From NCBI GenBank assembly GCA_965285935.1, contig OZ260663.1, positions 81,034,001 to 81,098,000 of the forward strand: DNA of 64,000 nt, in the 5' to 3' direction. Below, one piece after another: positions 1-13,900 of the stretch. The notes under the pieces are model-generated. The model saw only the letters and a list, made by a program, of their open reading frames with translations. It had not been told where the DNA came from and made no database searches. Origin of the DNA: Ophelia neglecta. Taxonomy: Eukaryota. A program made the translations under genes and the position numbers. How positions within the stretch are numbered: the stretch's first letter is position 1; the number at the start of each line of letters is the position of its first letter.

Positions 1-3000
1 TTATTTTACGCTCTGAAAAGGATGAGCGAATTGAGTATCGCCGATAATTGGATTGTCGGAGTGTGTTTGGGACATTACCACGTGATGGCCAGACGGTAAG
101 GCACGCGACTTGACGAGAATATGCGGGAATTAGTTGCGAATTATAAGATGGTAATTTAACTTGTCTCCCGGTTAGTTCTGACTAGACACTAACTTCACGG
201 GGAGGCACCGTCTGTCAAGGATCGCCCAAAAACCCGAAGAATCTACATGCGTCCGGGTCGGCGACGAATGCCAGTACTTCCGTGTATGACAATTATAGAA
301 AATAACGTTTTTTGTAATTTAATGTGTTTTTAAAGGTAAATGGCAGCTTGATCCAGGTCTATAGAAACGAAATGTTCAGAAAAAGGCGGGGATCTTAACT
401 AGCAATTTTCCCCATTAGTTTTGTTGACATATCTTTTCGCCTATTCGCGTGATGTATAGGGGTGTGCCCCGTCAATGTGCTCACTTCTCGTTATTAGATA
501 CCGTTTTTCTTCAGATTTACCTAATAAATTTCCCAATCTTGCTGATCGTGTTACTTCTGACCTAGGTGTGTTGTCGTAGTCGAAGAGGTTTTCAAGAACG
601 TACGTACATTTGATATTGGCAGCACATCGTGCCGGTCGCGTGTTGTATAGAGGAGAGAAGATGTCTCGCTATTCAATGTCTTGTCTAACCAGCTGGGCCC
701 CCGATCTACTCGCCACAACCTATCTACTCGCTGACAACATAACCATCTCCCAGCTTCTCCCCATCATGAAACAACAACACAACACAAATCTGATACTCGT
801 TCACATAAAAGCAAAACAATTAAATCTACATTTATATAACGGCTCCAGCCAGCAAAAGCACAGTTTGATGAACATTTTTCTGCCCCAATCTGTATAAATA
901 AGATTGATTAAATTTATGTTTGTTGCTATGCCTTTATAATATACCTACATGTATAAGAAATACAAAAAGGTGTTGACGTTTTCATAAATAGACATCTAAA
1001 ATAGGAGAATTCCCTATTTTGACTGTGGGTGTTCTAAAAACGACTTGAGGCGTCTACATGTCAACATAACACGTGTTTACAAAGACATCTATGGGTGTTT
1101 ACTGGCTTTTATGTAATTTAATACTATTACAATTTAACCTTAATAAAATGGGTATAACCTTTTATTAACCTTATAATTATCAATCAACGCCCAACAACGT
1201 GCGCAAATTTTGCTTAATTCACACCATCATGTGGCTTCTTATGGAGCTACTTACTTCATGAAGTGTATGTTATGAAAGGTCGGGCTCATTCGGGTGTTTA
1301 CCGTAGTATTTTTTATTCATATATATAGGCATATCCCATTACCTTTGATTTCCTTACGGTCGTAAGTTTTTATAATATCTTTAGACCTCGGGCTACTTAA
1401 TTACCGAGTCTTATTTACAAATGCTGTTTATATTGACTTCCCGGCGTGGTTGCTGTGGTAGTGTTCGTACGGTATCTTCCCTGTTCAAGCTGGATGTCGT
1501 CTGCGGCCGATCTTCTGCTGTGCGGTGCAGCCGACAGATAACTCAATTCCACGATACGTTTAGAGCCGTGCTACGCAGCGATGCCGAGGGCGAATTCGCC
1601 CGCCTGTCGTTATATTACGGCTCAATTTGCCTTTAATGAATCGAAAATAATGGTTACTGTGATGCCCAGAACTCTAGGTTGATTTTTCTCAGCATTTGAT
1701 TCTGACCATGGTTTTGGTATGTATGGGATAGCATCCAAGCTGCTGCTAATCGAATAGCACGCGCTATGTATCACGCTAACTCTCGTTCATCTCTCGCGTG
1801 ATCTGATAGAGACTGGGATAGTGTGTGCGCTATGACTAGGGTACATGATGAGCTAAGTCGTGACCAGGTATTACGCCGACCTCTCTCAATACATCTTATC
1901 TTGTTTGGCCATAATTATAATCACAAGAAGTGCTCAAGGCGAGTTAGCCGGCGTTATTAACAGAATCACAATCAGGCGTCCGAATTTTAACCCGCCATTG
2001 AATGACACGCCCAGTCCTTCATTCTATTTACAACACAGCATCTGGCAATTTTCTTCGACAAATATGTAATCAACTATTTCTCCATGAGCCTTAGTTTGGC
2101 CATTTTGGGGTCCTTTGTGTTGTCTTGGTTTTCCCTATTTAGTCTGCTTGCAGCAGACGACACTCGTCTGTTCGGGCTGCCGATTTCTTGGCCACACGGG
2201 GAAGTCGGGGCAGGCTAATACGCTTGTCTTTCCAGCCGGACATTGATATTTTCCTGTGTATTGTTTAAGGCTGTAGAACAACCTTAGCAATATCGGGGGA
2301 TTGCATTTTTCTCCAGTTTCCTGGCTGTAATCCCCCGTTTGAACCTGTGTCAGGCGGTAATTTAGCCGGCCATCTAAAAGCCTTACTCGAGTTACACAGG
2401 ATTTTAGATGGCTCCGTGTCGGAGCCGCACTCAAACACATGTTGTCATGTTTTGTTGTCGCGTTTTTAATTAAGTACTGGTTTAATCTGACAACTAACCA
2501 CGTCATCCTGATGTGACTACATTGAGGGCGTTTTGTTCAGCAGGCCGTCTCAGTTACTCCGTTCGCTGTGACTACTGTAAGCGGAGTCCCTGCTTATTTC
2601 AGTGCTCGTAACCTTCATCCCTGGACTTCTGTTCTCTGTGATTTGTTTCTGTCACTGCCCCGAGACCAAATTAGTCTAGATCCTAATACTCAGTTACTCC
2701 GCTAACAAATCGAAAAATATAATTTGTAAAATTTGAATTTTACATTAGATGGTGTCTTTCGGCTCCCGCACACGTTTGCTTCTACAGTCAACGAAACTCA
2801 TTTAATATGCTGTATTTACGACTATAGGTGTGTAATGCATCTATTTTAAATATTTATCATTTCAATTCCACAAACGCGAAAGAGCACTGTGTATGTTGAA
2901 TTATTTATAGTATTTATTTGTGAAGTTTAGCCGCATTCTGTAGTAGTGGTAGTTGTATTTATATGGCAAAGACCGGGGGCAAGTATTGATATGGTTATTC

Positions 3001-4900
3001 AGACTAGTTTTATCCTGGTAATTACCTTTCAAATGTATTTAGGCCTTTAGATACATAATACAAGTCTCAATGGTCCCCTGGTCAATGAAAAAGGACCGTT
3101 ATTGTATTTCTAAATTGGCTCTTGATTGATATTCATTACTCGATTCGATTATAGATAGTTGAACTTAGCTGACCTCAATTTCTTATCATTGTTTAGAGAG
3201 TGAAAACGTCTTCTAAGGGTCACCCACCACTACAGCAACATTTAATATATAGTAATTTCAGTTTGAATAATCCCAATATATAGGTTTGTGTGTCGGGTAG
3301 CTTAGTTAAGGTGACAAAATAAAGATTATAAGTGAAAGTGATAAATTCAGTACTGTGTGCCTACAGATACAGTAGATGTCAGTATTATTTATAAATAAGT
3401 TGGCCTCATTAAATTCGATTTAATATTAACCATGCCAGAAGTCCGCATGTACTAATTTTTGACAGAAGAACCGAGACTGTAACTTTGAACAGTTTATCTG
3501 ACTAGTCAGATGCGAATACATCTTAGAGAAGTTCTCATCTAGCTGTGATAATCATTGTCTTCTCTTCCTGTGGCATTGACACGTTGGATAATTTTTGATG
3601 CGTTCTCTTTGACTTTCCTTGTTAGAAAAACTACGACAGGCCTGTATTTAAACAGTTGGGCCTTTGAGTAGGCAGGGCGGCTTTGTGTAGCAGCTATCAG
3701 GCGGCCTTTCTTGGGAGAGGGGGCGGGAATGTGCCCGGGGGGTACGGCAGATGAGGCACAACCTTCTCTTTATCTCCTACAAGTACAACTCCATGGAGAA
3801 TTTCACACCCTAGCACAATGCCAGTCTTAGCCATTGTCCTAATATTTGTTAGAAAACTTGTTAGTTTTCTCGGGTAATTTAAACTTTTGGCCACGACTGA
3901 CCCCCCACTAAAGTTCCAAACTCCCTTCAGGCTATTGGCTGAGATTTGGCCAACTTTATCACTTCCAATGTGCAATGCACTATCTATTCAGCAACAAACT
4001 GACAATTTTTATCAGGTAGATCCTTCGCAAGATTTATATTCCCATTAGTCAATATATTGTAAGGTGCTTAACCGATTCGTTTTATTTGGCTTTCAATTCG
4101 ATAGTAACATTAATTTTATTGGCAGTGGTAAATTTGTTGCAACAAATAGGTCCTCGTTGACCTAGGGAAGAACTCGCGCGAAGGCATAGACCTATGAAGA
4201 CTCAGTGCCGAACAGGTTTTGAAGCCAAAAAGTGTCGAATAAAAGCAATTGGAGAAGTATTAGCTATTAAAACCTTGACAGCTTCTAGATTTCAATGATC
4301 TCAGTCAGCGTATCTACCTAATTTAACCTACCCGGATAACAACTCTTCTCAGTTCCTAAGTATCATTGTCGTAAAGTCAAACACCGTTGTTATCTTTACA
4401 AATGAAATTGTGTGTCATTTTTTACAAAGCATTTACTGAAATTATTATGATGTTTCGTTTTTGGTTCCGGTACCAATAATACGTTATATGATGTTTCTGA
4501 AATTAGATAGTTAGATCAGGGTATAATCCATATTGATCTGATAAAGTTGCCTTTAGGAGTTGTCAAATGATCATATTTACAACTACAATTCAATGGTTTA
4601 AAAACTAAATAACCTGTACGCATGCTCCACGCCCAAAATGATAGGGGGATTATCAACGTCGAGTAAGAAACTAGATAGCCAGTTCTCGGCGCCGAGTTTA
4701 ATGAACCAAGCTACTCCCCGCTCTATAGAACCGTTCTTGGTGGTGCTGTCCACTTTTACTGATATGATCTATATATCTGTTGAAAAGAACCCACATATTA
4801 TAATTCGCCGCTCGACTTAGACCCTCCTCTCCATTACCCTCTCTGGCCACTGGGCAAATAGGGCTACCCATGGTAAGAGAACTTCAAGGGGGTCGGAGGA

Positions 4901-4942
4901 CAATTTTGGATCACCAATTTCGGATCACCAATTTCGGATCAC
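4901..4942. repeat. Minisatellite, 14-bp unit x3
   Basis: caattttggatcac caatttcggatcac caatttcggatcac. Confidence 0.9.
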
Positions 4943-7900
4943 CGACCTGCTTAAAAGTAATAATTTTTTGCTTGAAGTGAAAACAGTAAAGTGGTTAGCC
5001 CCACTGAGAATGATTTTTCGAACGCATGCCCTCTTGCTTACAAGTACATGGAGTTTTCAAGTACCAGCTTAACCTCCCTCCTTACATACCTGCAACTACG
5101 ATAGACCTATATATATATACTATAGACAGAGAAGTGTAATTTACATGTATATTCAAATTAAATTAATATGATTTTGATATAAGTAATAAATGGCTAGTAG
5201 ACGACAATTCTCTGTCAGACTGGCAGCCCTCCGTTGTGGCGGGCCTCTCTCAGAACGGTTGCCGTCGATTCCCTATCATTATGACCCTTTCACACTCTAA
5301 ATCGCTTTGTTCATGGCCATATTGTTGCTGTGAAAGAATCAAACAGTGTTGACTTAAGATTCAATGTAGCTAAAATGCCTTAAAATAGTATTGATTGTGC
5401 CAATGGACTAAGTGTTTAGCATACAGGGCTTTTTATTCGGGTTAATGGGCCCTCGGGAACCTTAACCAGGAGATGAACAGCCGGCAAGGCAAGCTGCTCC
5501 TTCCTCAATGGCCTCCTCGCCTAAATATTTTCTGTATTCCTTCAAAGTATGGATCAAGTGCACTACACCGGCTAAGCCGTTCACACGTGCTTTTCGTATT
5601 CATTGCACACTTTTCTAGGCCCACTTCGGTCGGTAAATTGAAAGGGAAGTGAGTAAATCTACCATTGTGTAAACTCACTTGATAGCCGCCATTTTGGTTT
5701 GCCAACTTCTCGTTGGTATCCAGCATTATCGCGTGTTTTGGGCTAGGAAATCCATTACCTGAACTATCACTGGCCGATAGATGAAAGCAAGCCACACGCT
5801 GAAAAGTATAATACAACAATGTGCGTGCAGCAATATTGTGTGGATTTAGTGAGCAATATTTAATGGCAACCCATAACACCTTTCGTCCATCTTCAAATTT
5901 AACGCAGCTGCGGTCACCGTTTCCGACCTTTGAGCAGGCCTACCTATGGTGCTCTTACTGCGCCTATGTGGCCGTCTTTTGGAAGCCACGGACGTTAAAC
6001 GCTAGTTATCTGGTGCCTGCAGTTCGGGCCACCACAACCACAACATCACCTGCTCTCAGCCGTTCCCATCAGATATGAAACGGTTCAACAGAAATATAAA
6101 CTTTCCCATAATATTGTGTTAATTCATTATGGTTATATATAACTATAGGCCTGTACCTGGGGTTTCCCGATAATCCAGCAACCAATAAAAATAATAATTG
6201 TCAGAAGTATTAAATAATTCAACTAATTACGCGAGAGATAGATGATTTGCTTCTACTGTTTAGTAAGCGCACATAAAGGTCTCTATTTGTTCCTATTATC
6301 TTCCTATATACGTCCCCATTCAGCAGATTCAAGATGAAAATTACTACATATATCGACCATTCTTATAGTCTATGTTTAATCCCAAGATAATACTTTGGGC
6401 ACAGCACTTTACACACATTGAAAATCAGATTAAGAATGATTCCAGCTTCACTGTGGTTTGCGTTCAAACTCACAGAGAGAGAGAGTGATTGATACACAAG
6501 TAACACCTGTCCCTGAAAATGTGTACTACAAAAGACTTTACCATGTCGGTGGTATAGCTGGAAAGAAGATTCCACATTGATAGGCCTATGGAAGACTTAT
6601 TATATGCTGAGACGGATTGTTTGAAATTTTCTAACATACGCCAAAATTCCGTTTACATTAAACTGAGCTACTAGATGCAATTCATACTAATTTAATCTCA
6701 ACCATAAAGTATCTCCATATTTGTTAGCATATAGCATTATATTTGATTGGCACAGAAATTCAAGATTACAGATAAGTCAAATATTGACCTATATCATAGG
6801 CATAACTGGAGCTTAAGAATAAGTACCTAAGTTCGAGATGATAGCTTATATGTGGTGATTGGTAGATTTTCAGGACTCCTGTTTCATCACCTCTTAGTCT
6901 AGCGGGGCCCCTGACCTCGCAGTGACCACGACCCTGCCCTGGATTCCCAGCCTCCACCCTCGGGCTTCCTAACCCGGCGGCCCGGCAACCCTTTGCTTCC
7001 TCTGCCATAAGCTCGGTCCGAGGCCTCGGGGCCAACCCGACCACAATGCCTCATGTTGGAAAATCATCATGTTTCCCAAATGACGTGAAAATAAATCACA
7101 AAGCGGTAATTAGCACAGCCTAGTAGACTATAAACACTGATTAGTGTACTTAAATAAATTGTCAGGGCCCACCCCGTCAAGAAATTAGCCGGGCGGCTGG
7201 CGGTTTTGTACCGTTGCTCGATTAGCGTGTAGTAATCTGGTAAGAGTTAATTACCACACTATCGTCAGTCTCCAGGAGATGCCCAGCCCAATGACGCTGA
7301 ATCATTGCGCCACTGTCAATCAGCTTCCCCGGAAAAAAGGCGTACCCGGCTAATGAAAAGCTCATCCAAATTATATATGGAATACCGTAGGGTATTTGGT
7401 TTCGGTGATGGTTCCCACACTAAATTGCCTTTTGCCTTTCTCGGGGTTCCATAAATCTACCCTCCCTTGTCAGATTAGATACGTGCACATATTCTAGGGA
7501 AATAAATCCCGAGCCTGTAAGAGACGTCCTTAATGCTCATGTGATCCAGGTGCTTCGCCCTTTTTGTATGGATTGGGTGAATTTCCTAGAATCCAGTCGT
7601 AAAGATATGACAATTGACATGCAATATTGATTGTCTGGATTAACTGCATGGAAAACAAAATTGTGTAGAATATTTTTTTACTTTCTGATTTATGAGCAGA
7701 CAGTTTCAATGCAATTTGCTGATTGTTCACTCTTGTCTGCAATTTATGGAGCTATACGCATTCTCGATGTATACAGGAGCCACATTTATAGATTGCTACC
7801 AGGATGTTCTCATTATGTTGTCTCCAACATAAATTATGCATAATGCGTCTGCGTTTGACTCCTATCGGTGGTAGACTGAGTTTGAAAGGATGTCTGTACG

Positions 7901-10900
7901 CCAGACATACAGAATAGACCCATACCATGTTTTTCCACGTAGGTTAGGTTCTATAAATTGGTTGATAATACTGGAGTTTCAAATACAAACATCTGTGTCA
8001 GAATTGTAATTCGTTTAGCTATTTAAGCCATGTAAGATAGAAAATTTGACCTCAAAATACAATGCTGGAGCCCATTTGAGTGAGAAACTATGGAAATGTT
8101 AAACAAATTGTAAGGTAGTTATTGGTTATGTATTATTAAACATACTATTTGTATTTGATTGTTTAAATATAGTCCAACACGTACGTATTGTCTAGAATTC
8201 TAGAATCTTGTATTGGGCCATAAGTTTGAAATCTTTTCTCTCTAAAAGTACCTTCCCTCATTTCTTCAGTCATTCCATGCCTATCACTTATTACTTTGTT
8301 GTTATAAACAGAGGGCCATGAGCAGAAAACAACGAGCATATGGTACGTTCTTTGTTTTGCAAAACGGCGTGGCTTATTTTAAGTTTAAGTGAACCTATTT
8401 TAGTTTGAACCCTGCTGGAATGGAAGGGTTAATGCAGCATGTCAAGTGTGTGTGTAAAACGGGGGAGGTCGGGAGAATGTCTAAAATGGGCCCCTCTCGT
8501 AAAAACCTTGTCGGCAACACCATGTGATGGCTGCCTCAAGCGTTCTCCCAAATTCCTGTACACAATTTACTAAATTTCACATCAAAAACGCCACCTAAAG
8601 CTACAGCACATTTTAACCATATTATATTCAACGACAGTCTGGTGCACGCTAAAACAATTCAGAATTCAAATCCGATGAAAATAAAACAAATTCGTTTACC
8701 AACTCCGATCATAGCTCCATTTATTTTATTTTATTTATTGAGAGAAGAGACCATGCAGTTTGTTCTCTGGAAGGGTAACTGTAAGCTAGGCTTACTCTAA
8801 ATATGAATGATATTACACATTTTGTGATGTGACTAAGTGTCTACATCGCTCAGGTTAACAAACAAACTGGTGACTATATCATTTAGTGAAATCGAGGTGA
8901 TTTATAAGTCAATATCAATGATCAGCTGGAAGCCTGCTTTCATATGAAATAACAGATGTCGAATGCAAAAGTTCGATCTTACAAAAAATGTGAAGTGTCT
9001 TCAATTCTTTATTATACAGTGAATATATAGAATACATATATATAGAATACTGTGAAGGTATTTCGGTGTATAGAGTCATGTGAGCTGGTCATTTGTTCTG
9101 AATTATACATACACCGACAGTATATTAGACCCTTCGGCGCTTCTATGTCACAGCTAGGGACTGCAAATTAAATAATTTTCCCCAATAGCCAACAGACACA
9201 ACCAGCCCTCATCTCAAACGCTGGATAACATTGCAACATTTATTAGCAACAAATGTCAAAATGTCCTATAATTGTCATTAGAGCATCAGTTTAGCCCTTA
9301 GACTAGAATGTGTACTATTAATGAAAAAAATACTTATTTGTTTATCCTAAGCTATAGAAATTACAGTTCACATTAATATCCAAGTTCTGCACATGAGACT
9401 CAACGCAATTTCATTTCATTTCTTTCGCATTTTTATTTGAGGTATCTTATTCAAATAATTTTTGATGGAAAAATGATTAAACATATAGCCCAAAGACTTA
9501 AATGTCCATTTCAGATTCGCTTCTCATAAAGTGATGTCATGTCTCCTATGTAAGCATTATTTTTCGAATTAATAGATGTAATCTTAACTTTTAGTCAAAT
9601 TCACTTGAGTTCTGTGTTATTACTGCTGTAGGATTTTGTTCCAATAAATTTGTGTCGGGAAACCTAGAGCTGGCTATATAATACGTGAGTAATGATTTAT
9701 TAAATGTTGTTTTGCCTTGGGGCGTGGTATCTTCTCTTGATGTCGGGAGTATTGTGCTAATCTATTGACTTCATGTAATAGTCGGTTTAAATGTCGAAAA
9801 GGATAGGGTGAAATATACTGACATAGTATATGGTAATCTTTAACATCGCCTGTAGAGTGCACCCAACGGCCGAGGTACCCACACGGGTATGCACGCTTTC
9901 GCCAAGAAAGAGAAGCTTTGTACCGAACCGGCTGCTTGGGCAAACAAGGCAAAAATCACCATAATTTCGTCTATTTTCTTAGCAACTTAGCTAGAATGTG
10001 TTATGAATCTATCCGAAGACGACGTTTGGGATCTTGGTATCAGGCTGGGCTCAGGTCTCAGGGTTAGCGCGGGGTTTGGGGTAATTTCCGATGCTTGTCG
10101 TCTGCTGCTAATCTTGGCGATTGCGTTTGGGACCGGGAGGTGGAAGGCGCCCAATTCTATTATCGGCGCCGGCATCGGGGACGAAGAAACTTATCAGGCA
10201 AATTACCACGGTTCACGGCCAGCTTTGTCCTACGAATCCCTCTACTTATGATAAGCGCAGACGGCATAAAGGCCAAATAGAGTATCGTTTGGCATGGTAA
10301 AGCGGTCTCCTGACTTTCTATTGGTGAATTACGTCCCGGTAATGTTGAATCTGTCGACAGCCTGAACGACAATCAGACCGACTGAACAGCTATGCATGGG
10401 GTTATTGCGTTTTAACCTAAATTTAGAAACGAAAATATGTCTTCATAACACTGATAGTCACATTGGCAGAGTTATATATCTTAAAAATACAAGGGATGGG
10501 CTGAATAAACGTCGGTATGAGAAGCGAGTTTCACTTCCACTGATAGTTGTGACCGCGGGTTGATGGGGGGTAGGTGATAAGACGGGTGAGGGACTCCACT
10601 TATCGCCCCGTTTCACGCTGTTTTGTGGACAACAAAGACATGAAAATACATAAGAGTTTTGTCTGAAAAATGTAGGGACTCGAACTCATAAATTCTCTTT
10701 TTGTTGAGGTAAACATGATTGAGACAATGAACATCTTGATAATTTTATGGGCTGCTCTAAATGAGCATCCGAATCAAATAAACATGCCTCTAAAATGTTT
10801 TAAATAAAATGACATTTGTCATAGTTTTGTGATAAAACGAGCGAGGGTGAAATGTAAGCACTCGACTTGTTGTATAACATTTCGACCTATATAGGTAGAA

Positions 10901-13900
10901 TGTTTACGAGTTGTGGGCGACGAAATGTCGTTTTTATTTGTAAGCACGCACAGCTACATAGACCTATATGTAAGCTGTGTTTTTAACCAGGATATGCTAT
11001 AGGCCTATGTTGTCGGGCTATACAAGAGACTTCAGTTTTCCCCGCAACAAACTACATTTTCTTAGCTTTAGAGAAGAAAGAGAAATCAACATATTTTTCT
11101 TTTTCGCGTTTTATACCTTGGGAGCGGCAAATCTAAACTCCTTTCAGAGTTCATCGATACAGTAATGTGTTCTATCTGGCTAGCAGTAACGACCTACCAC
11201 ATTCTAAATTTGAACTCACCAATCAAATGTGGCGTATATATCGAAGCTCATCATGAGATTCTCAGATGGCTCTTATTTAGATTTAGAATGTTATTCCGGC
11301 AAGTATTTGGCAAGGAATTTGACCTTATGTCAAGAGGCTACTACAGATTACTATTTAAACATGTCTAAATGAACCTCCTCCACGGATGTACTCAACCCCC
11401 AGAATATATCACCACTCCAGTCGCCACTATATCCTCTTTGTAATCCAAATCCGTTGGGTAATATATTTGCCCAGATTTTGGTGAGTATGGTACATAAATA
11501 TTCGATGTAAGACATCTTCAACCAGCCGCTGCCCGCCGATCTTTGGCCCCTCATAAAAGCGGGATTTCGGTGTAATGTCGGCAACCGGAGCCAGGGAAAT
11601 AGGGAAACTCGACCGCGGGTCAGTCATGGCTCGGGGCTGAGCGAAGACGCTCCTGGCCGAAGAATACGACAACTGTGAAAACACTGACATGTTAGGTCGG
11701 GTAATTGGGCGATAATTGGTGATCATTACCGGTATCCAGGGCCGAAATTACCGTCTGCGGATTCCCGCCAGTGATTTGAAGTCTATTATGGCTGACTTCC
11801 GCCCCTCCCCTATCTCCTGGACAGTTTGCACCTTGCACCTCACAGTGTATCGATTCCTTCCCGTGACTGTTGGAGACTGTACATACTTGTCTCGAAAACG
11901 ATCGCTTCGAGGTTTGCCCTTTTCAAACATCCACCTCCTATTTTACACATATCCAAACGTCTTGTACTCACTTCTATAGGGAAAAAATTTAGGATTATGC
12001 CGATCTATTGTTCTATAGGCTTTTGCGATAGACCTACTGAAAATCTTAAAAGATAGTCGCAAAATTCGCGAAATTTTGTTGTAGGCCTGTGCTAGGTCTA
12101 TTTCTCTGGGCAGCCTTAGGCCTATCTAGGCCTTTTCATATCTCTATATGAAATCACTCTCTGTTATTACTCAACGACAATCATGTGAACAATATAGGCC
12201 TATATGTAAAATAGATTCGCCACATCTTCTTGTTTTACGACACAGGGAAATACATTGACTTTCATAGTCCATTGTTTGTGATGACTTCTTCACCGGGTGA
12301 CATTCCTTTGTTGGGTGTCACATATAACAATGGCGTCTGTCACATATCGTCTCACATTCCGACCCATCCGTACTCGCTTCAACAGGCAATTTTCATTTTT
12401 TTCTGATATTTTAACAACCATGATATTCTAACACACTAATTTATTTACTATTCTGCGCAGTCATGCACTCTACCCGTGTCAATGGCAATCTCCCAGCCAG
12501 CATGCGTGCCAGTCGAGTAAATGCGATGGCAGTAAAGATTTCAGATAAAGTCGTATTACTGACTGGGTCTTCAAGGGTTAATATGATAACAAACGTTGTA
12601 TTCAATCTGCACAATACAATGAGAATTCATATTTGAACATAATCATGTCAAAAACAAGCCTCTTAGACAGGACAACACACCTGCCCGCGGCCATGGAAGT
12701 CCAACTTGCCTAGGCAATTCATTTAACGCCACAAGACTTTCAAACGCATATACCTATGTAATGAGTCCGCTAGAACAAAGCCTGTGAATATCATTTCTTC
12801 CGATAATAAATATCCATGTATGCAGACGAGGGCATACGAGAAAATAGATATGCATGGTTAGTTATAGCGAATTCAGCGTCAAAAAAAGAAGAAAAAATGA
12901 TAGTTAAATGAAAGTTCATAATATCTAGGCTGATCAAATATTAATAGTTTAAGCAATAGAAAAATAACGGAAAAAGCATAAGGCATTTGGGATATGAAAA
13001 ATGCATATTATCCATGCGTATGAAAGTAAATAAAAGATCAATAAAAATGGTGGGATGCTGTTACTGGTGTCATTCATTGCTGTAACTCATTAGGCCCGGA
13101 TTGAAATAGACACATGAAACAGCCGGTGTAAATCTACAATATAGGTACAATATTTAAATAAAATACATTGCGACATTTCTACATTTTTTTCAACCCATGC
13201 CACTGGGATTAATCATTTCGCTCCGAAAAAGCTGGGCCATAATTGTGTTTAAAGTGAAAAATAAGGACGAAAGGGATAAATAATAAGGCAGTTTACAATT
13301 ATTTACAATAAGTTGCAACACCTGGTGAGAATTCAACAAAGAGGTCGTCTTAACGGACTGGTATCCTGTCATCAGCTGATGAAATATATCAAATATACTG
13401 TTTTCGAGACCTGGATAAAAATATTATTGTTTTGACTATTTCTGAGCGGTTTCTGATCAGGGTTTTTGACGTTCCTGCATAGACTCTCTTAAATGAGTAG
13501 GAATTCTATAAAGCTTGGATTTAAAATTCTCGAGAAATATAATAATAAAAGAAAGGAGAAATTAAGAGTGGGTTAATGTGAGCATTTCAGATATAAAGAG
13601 TAGTTTTTCATCAGTTATATCAAAAATAAATTAAATTGATTTTAATTAATAGTCGCGCTTGTTTCTTTATATCTTGTCTATAGCTTTCTAGCTTGTTCAA
13701 ATTTCCTGCTTGTAAAATTATCTTACTTTTCACTGATTATTTGTGATTGACATTCATCAAAGCCTTATAAACTAGTGCGAGGAATCGTAATAAATAATTG
13801 AAATATCAGAAATCAATATCTATCATTTACATTCATACCTATAACTCTTTGGACTTTTTCATAGTCAGCATAACTTTATATCAATGGTATATTTGGCTGA

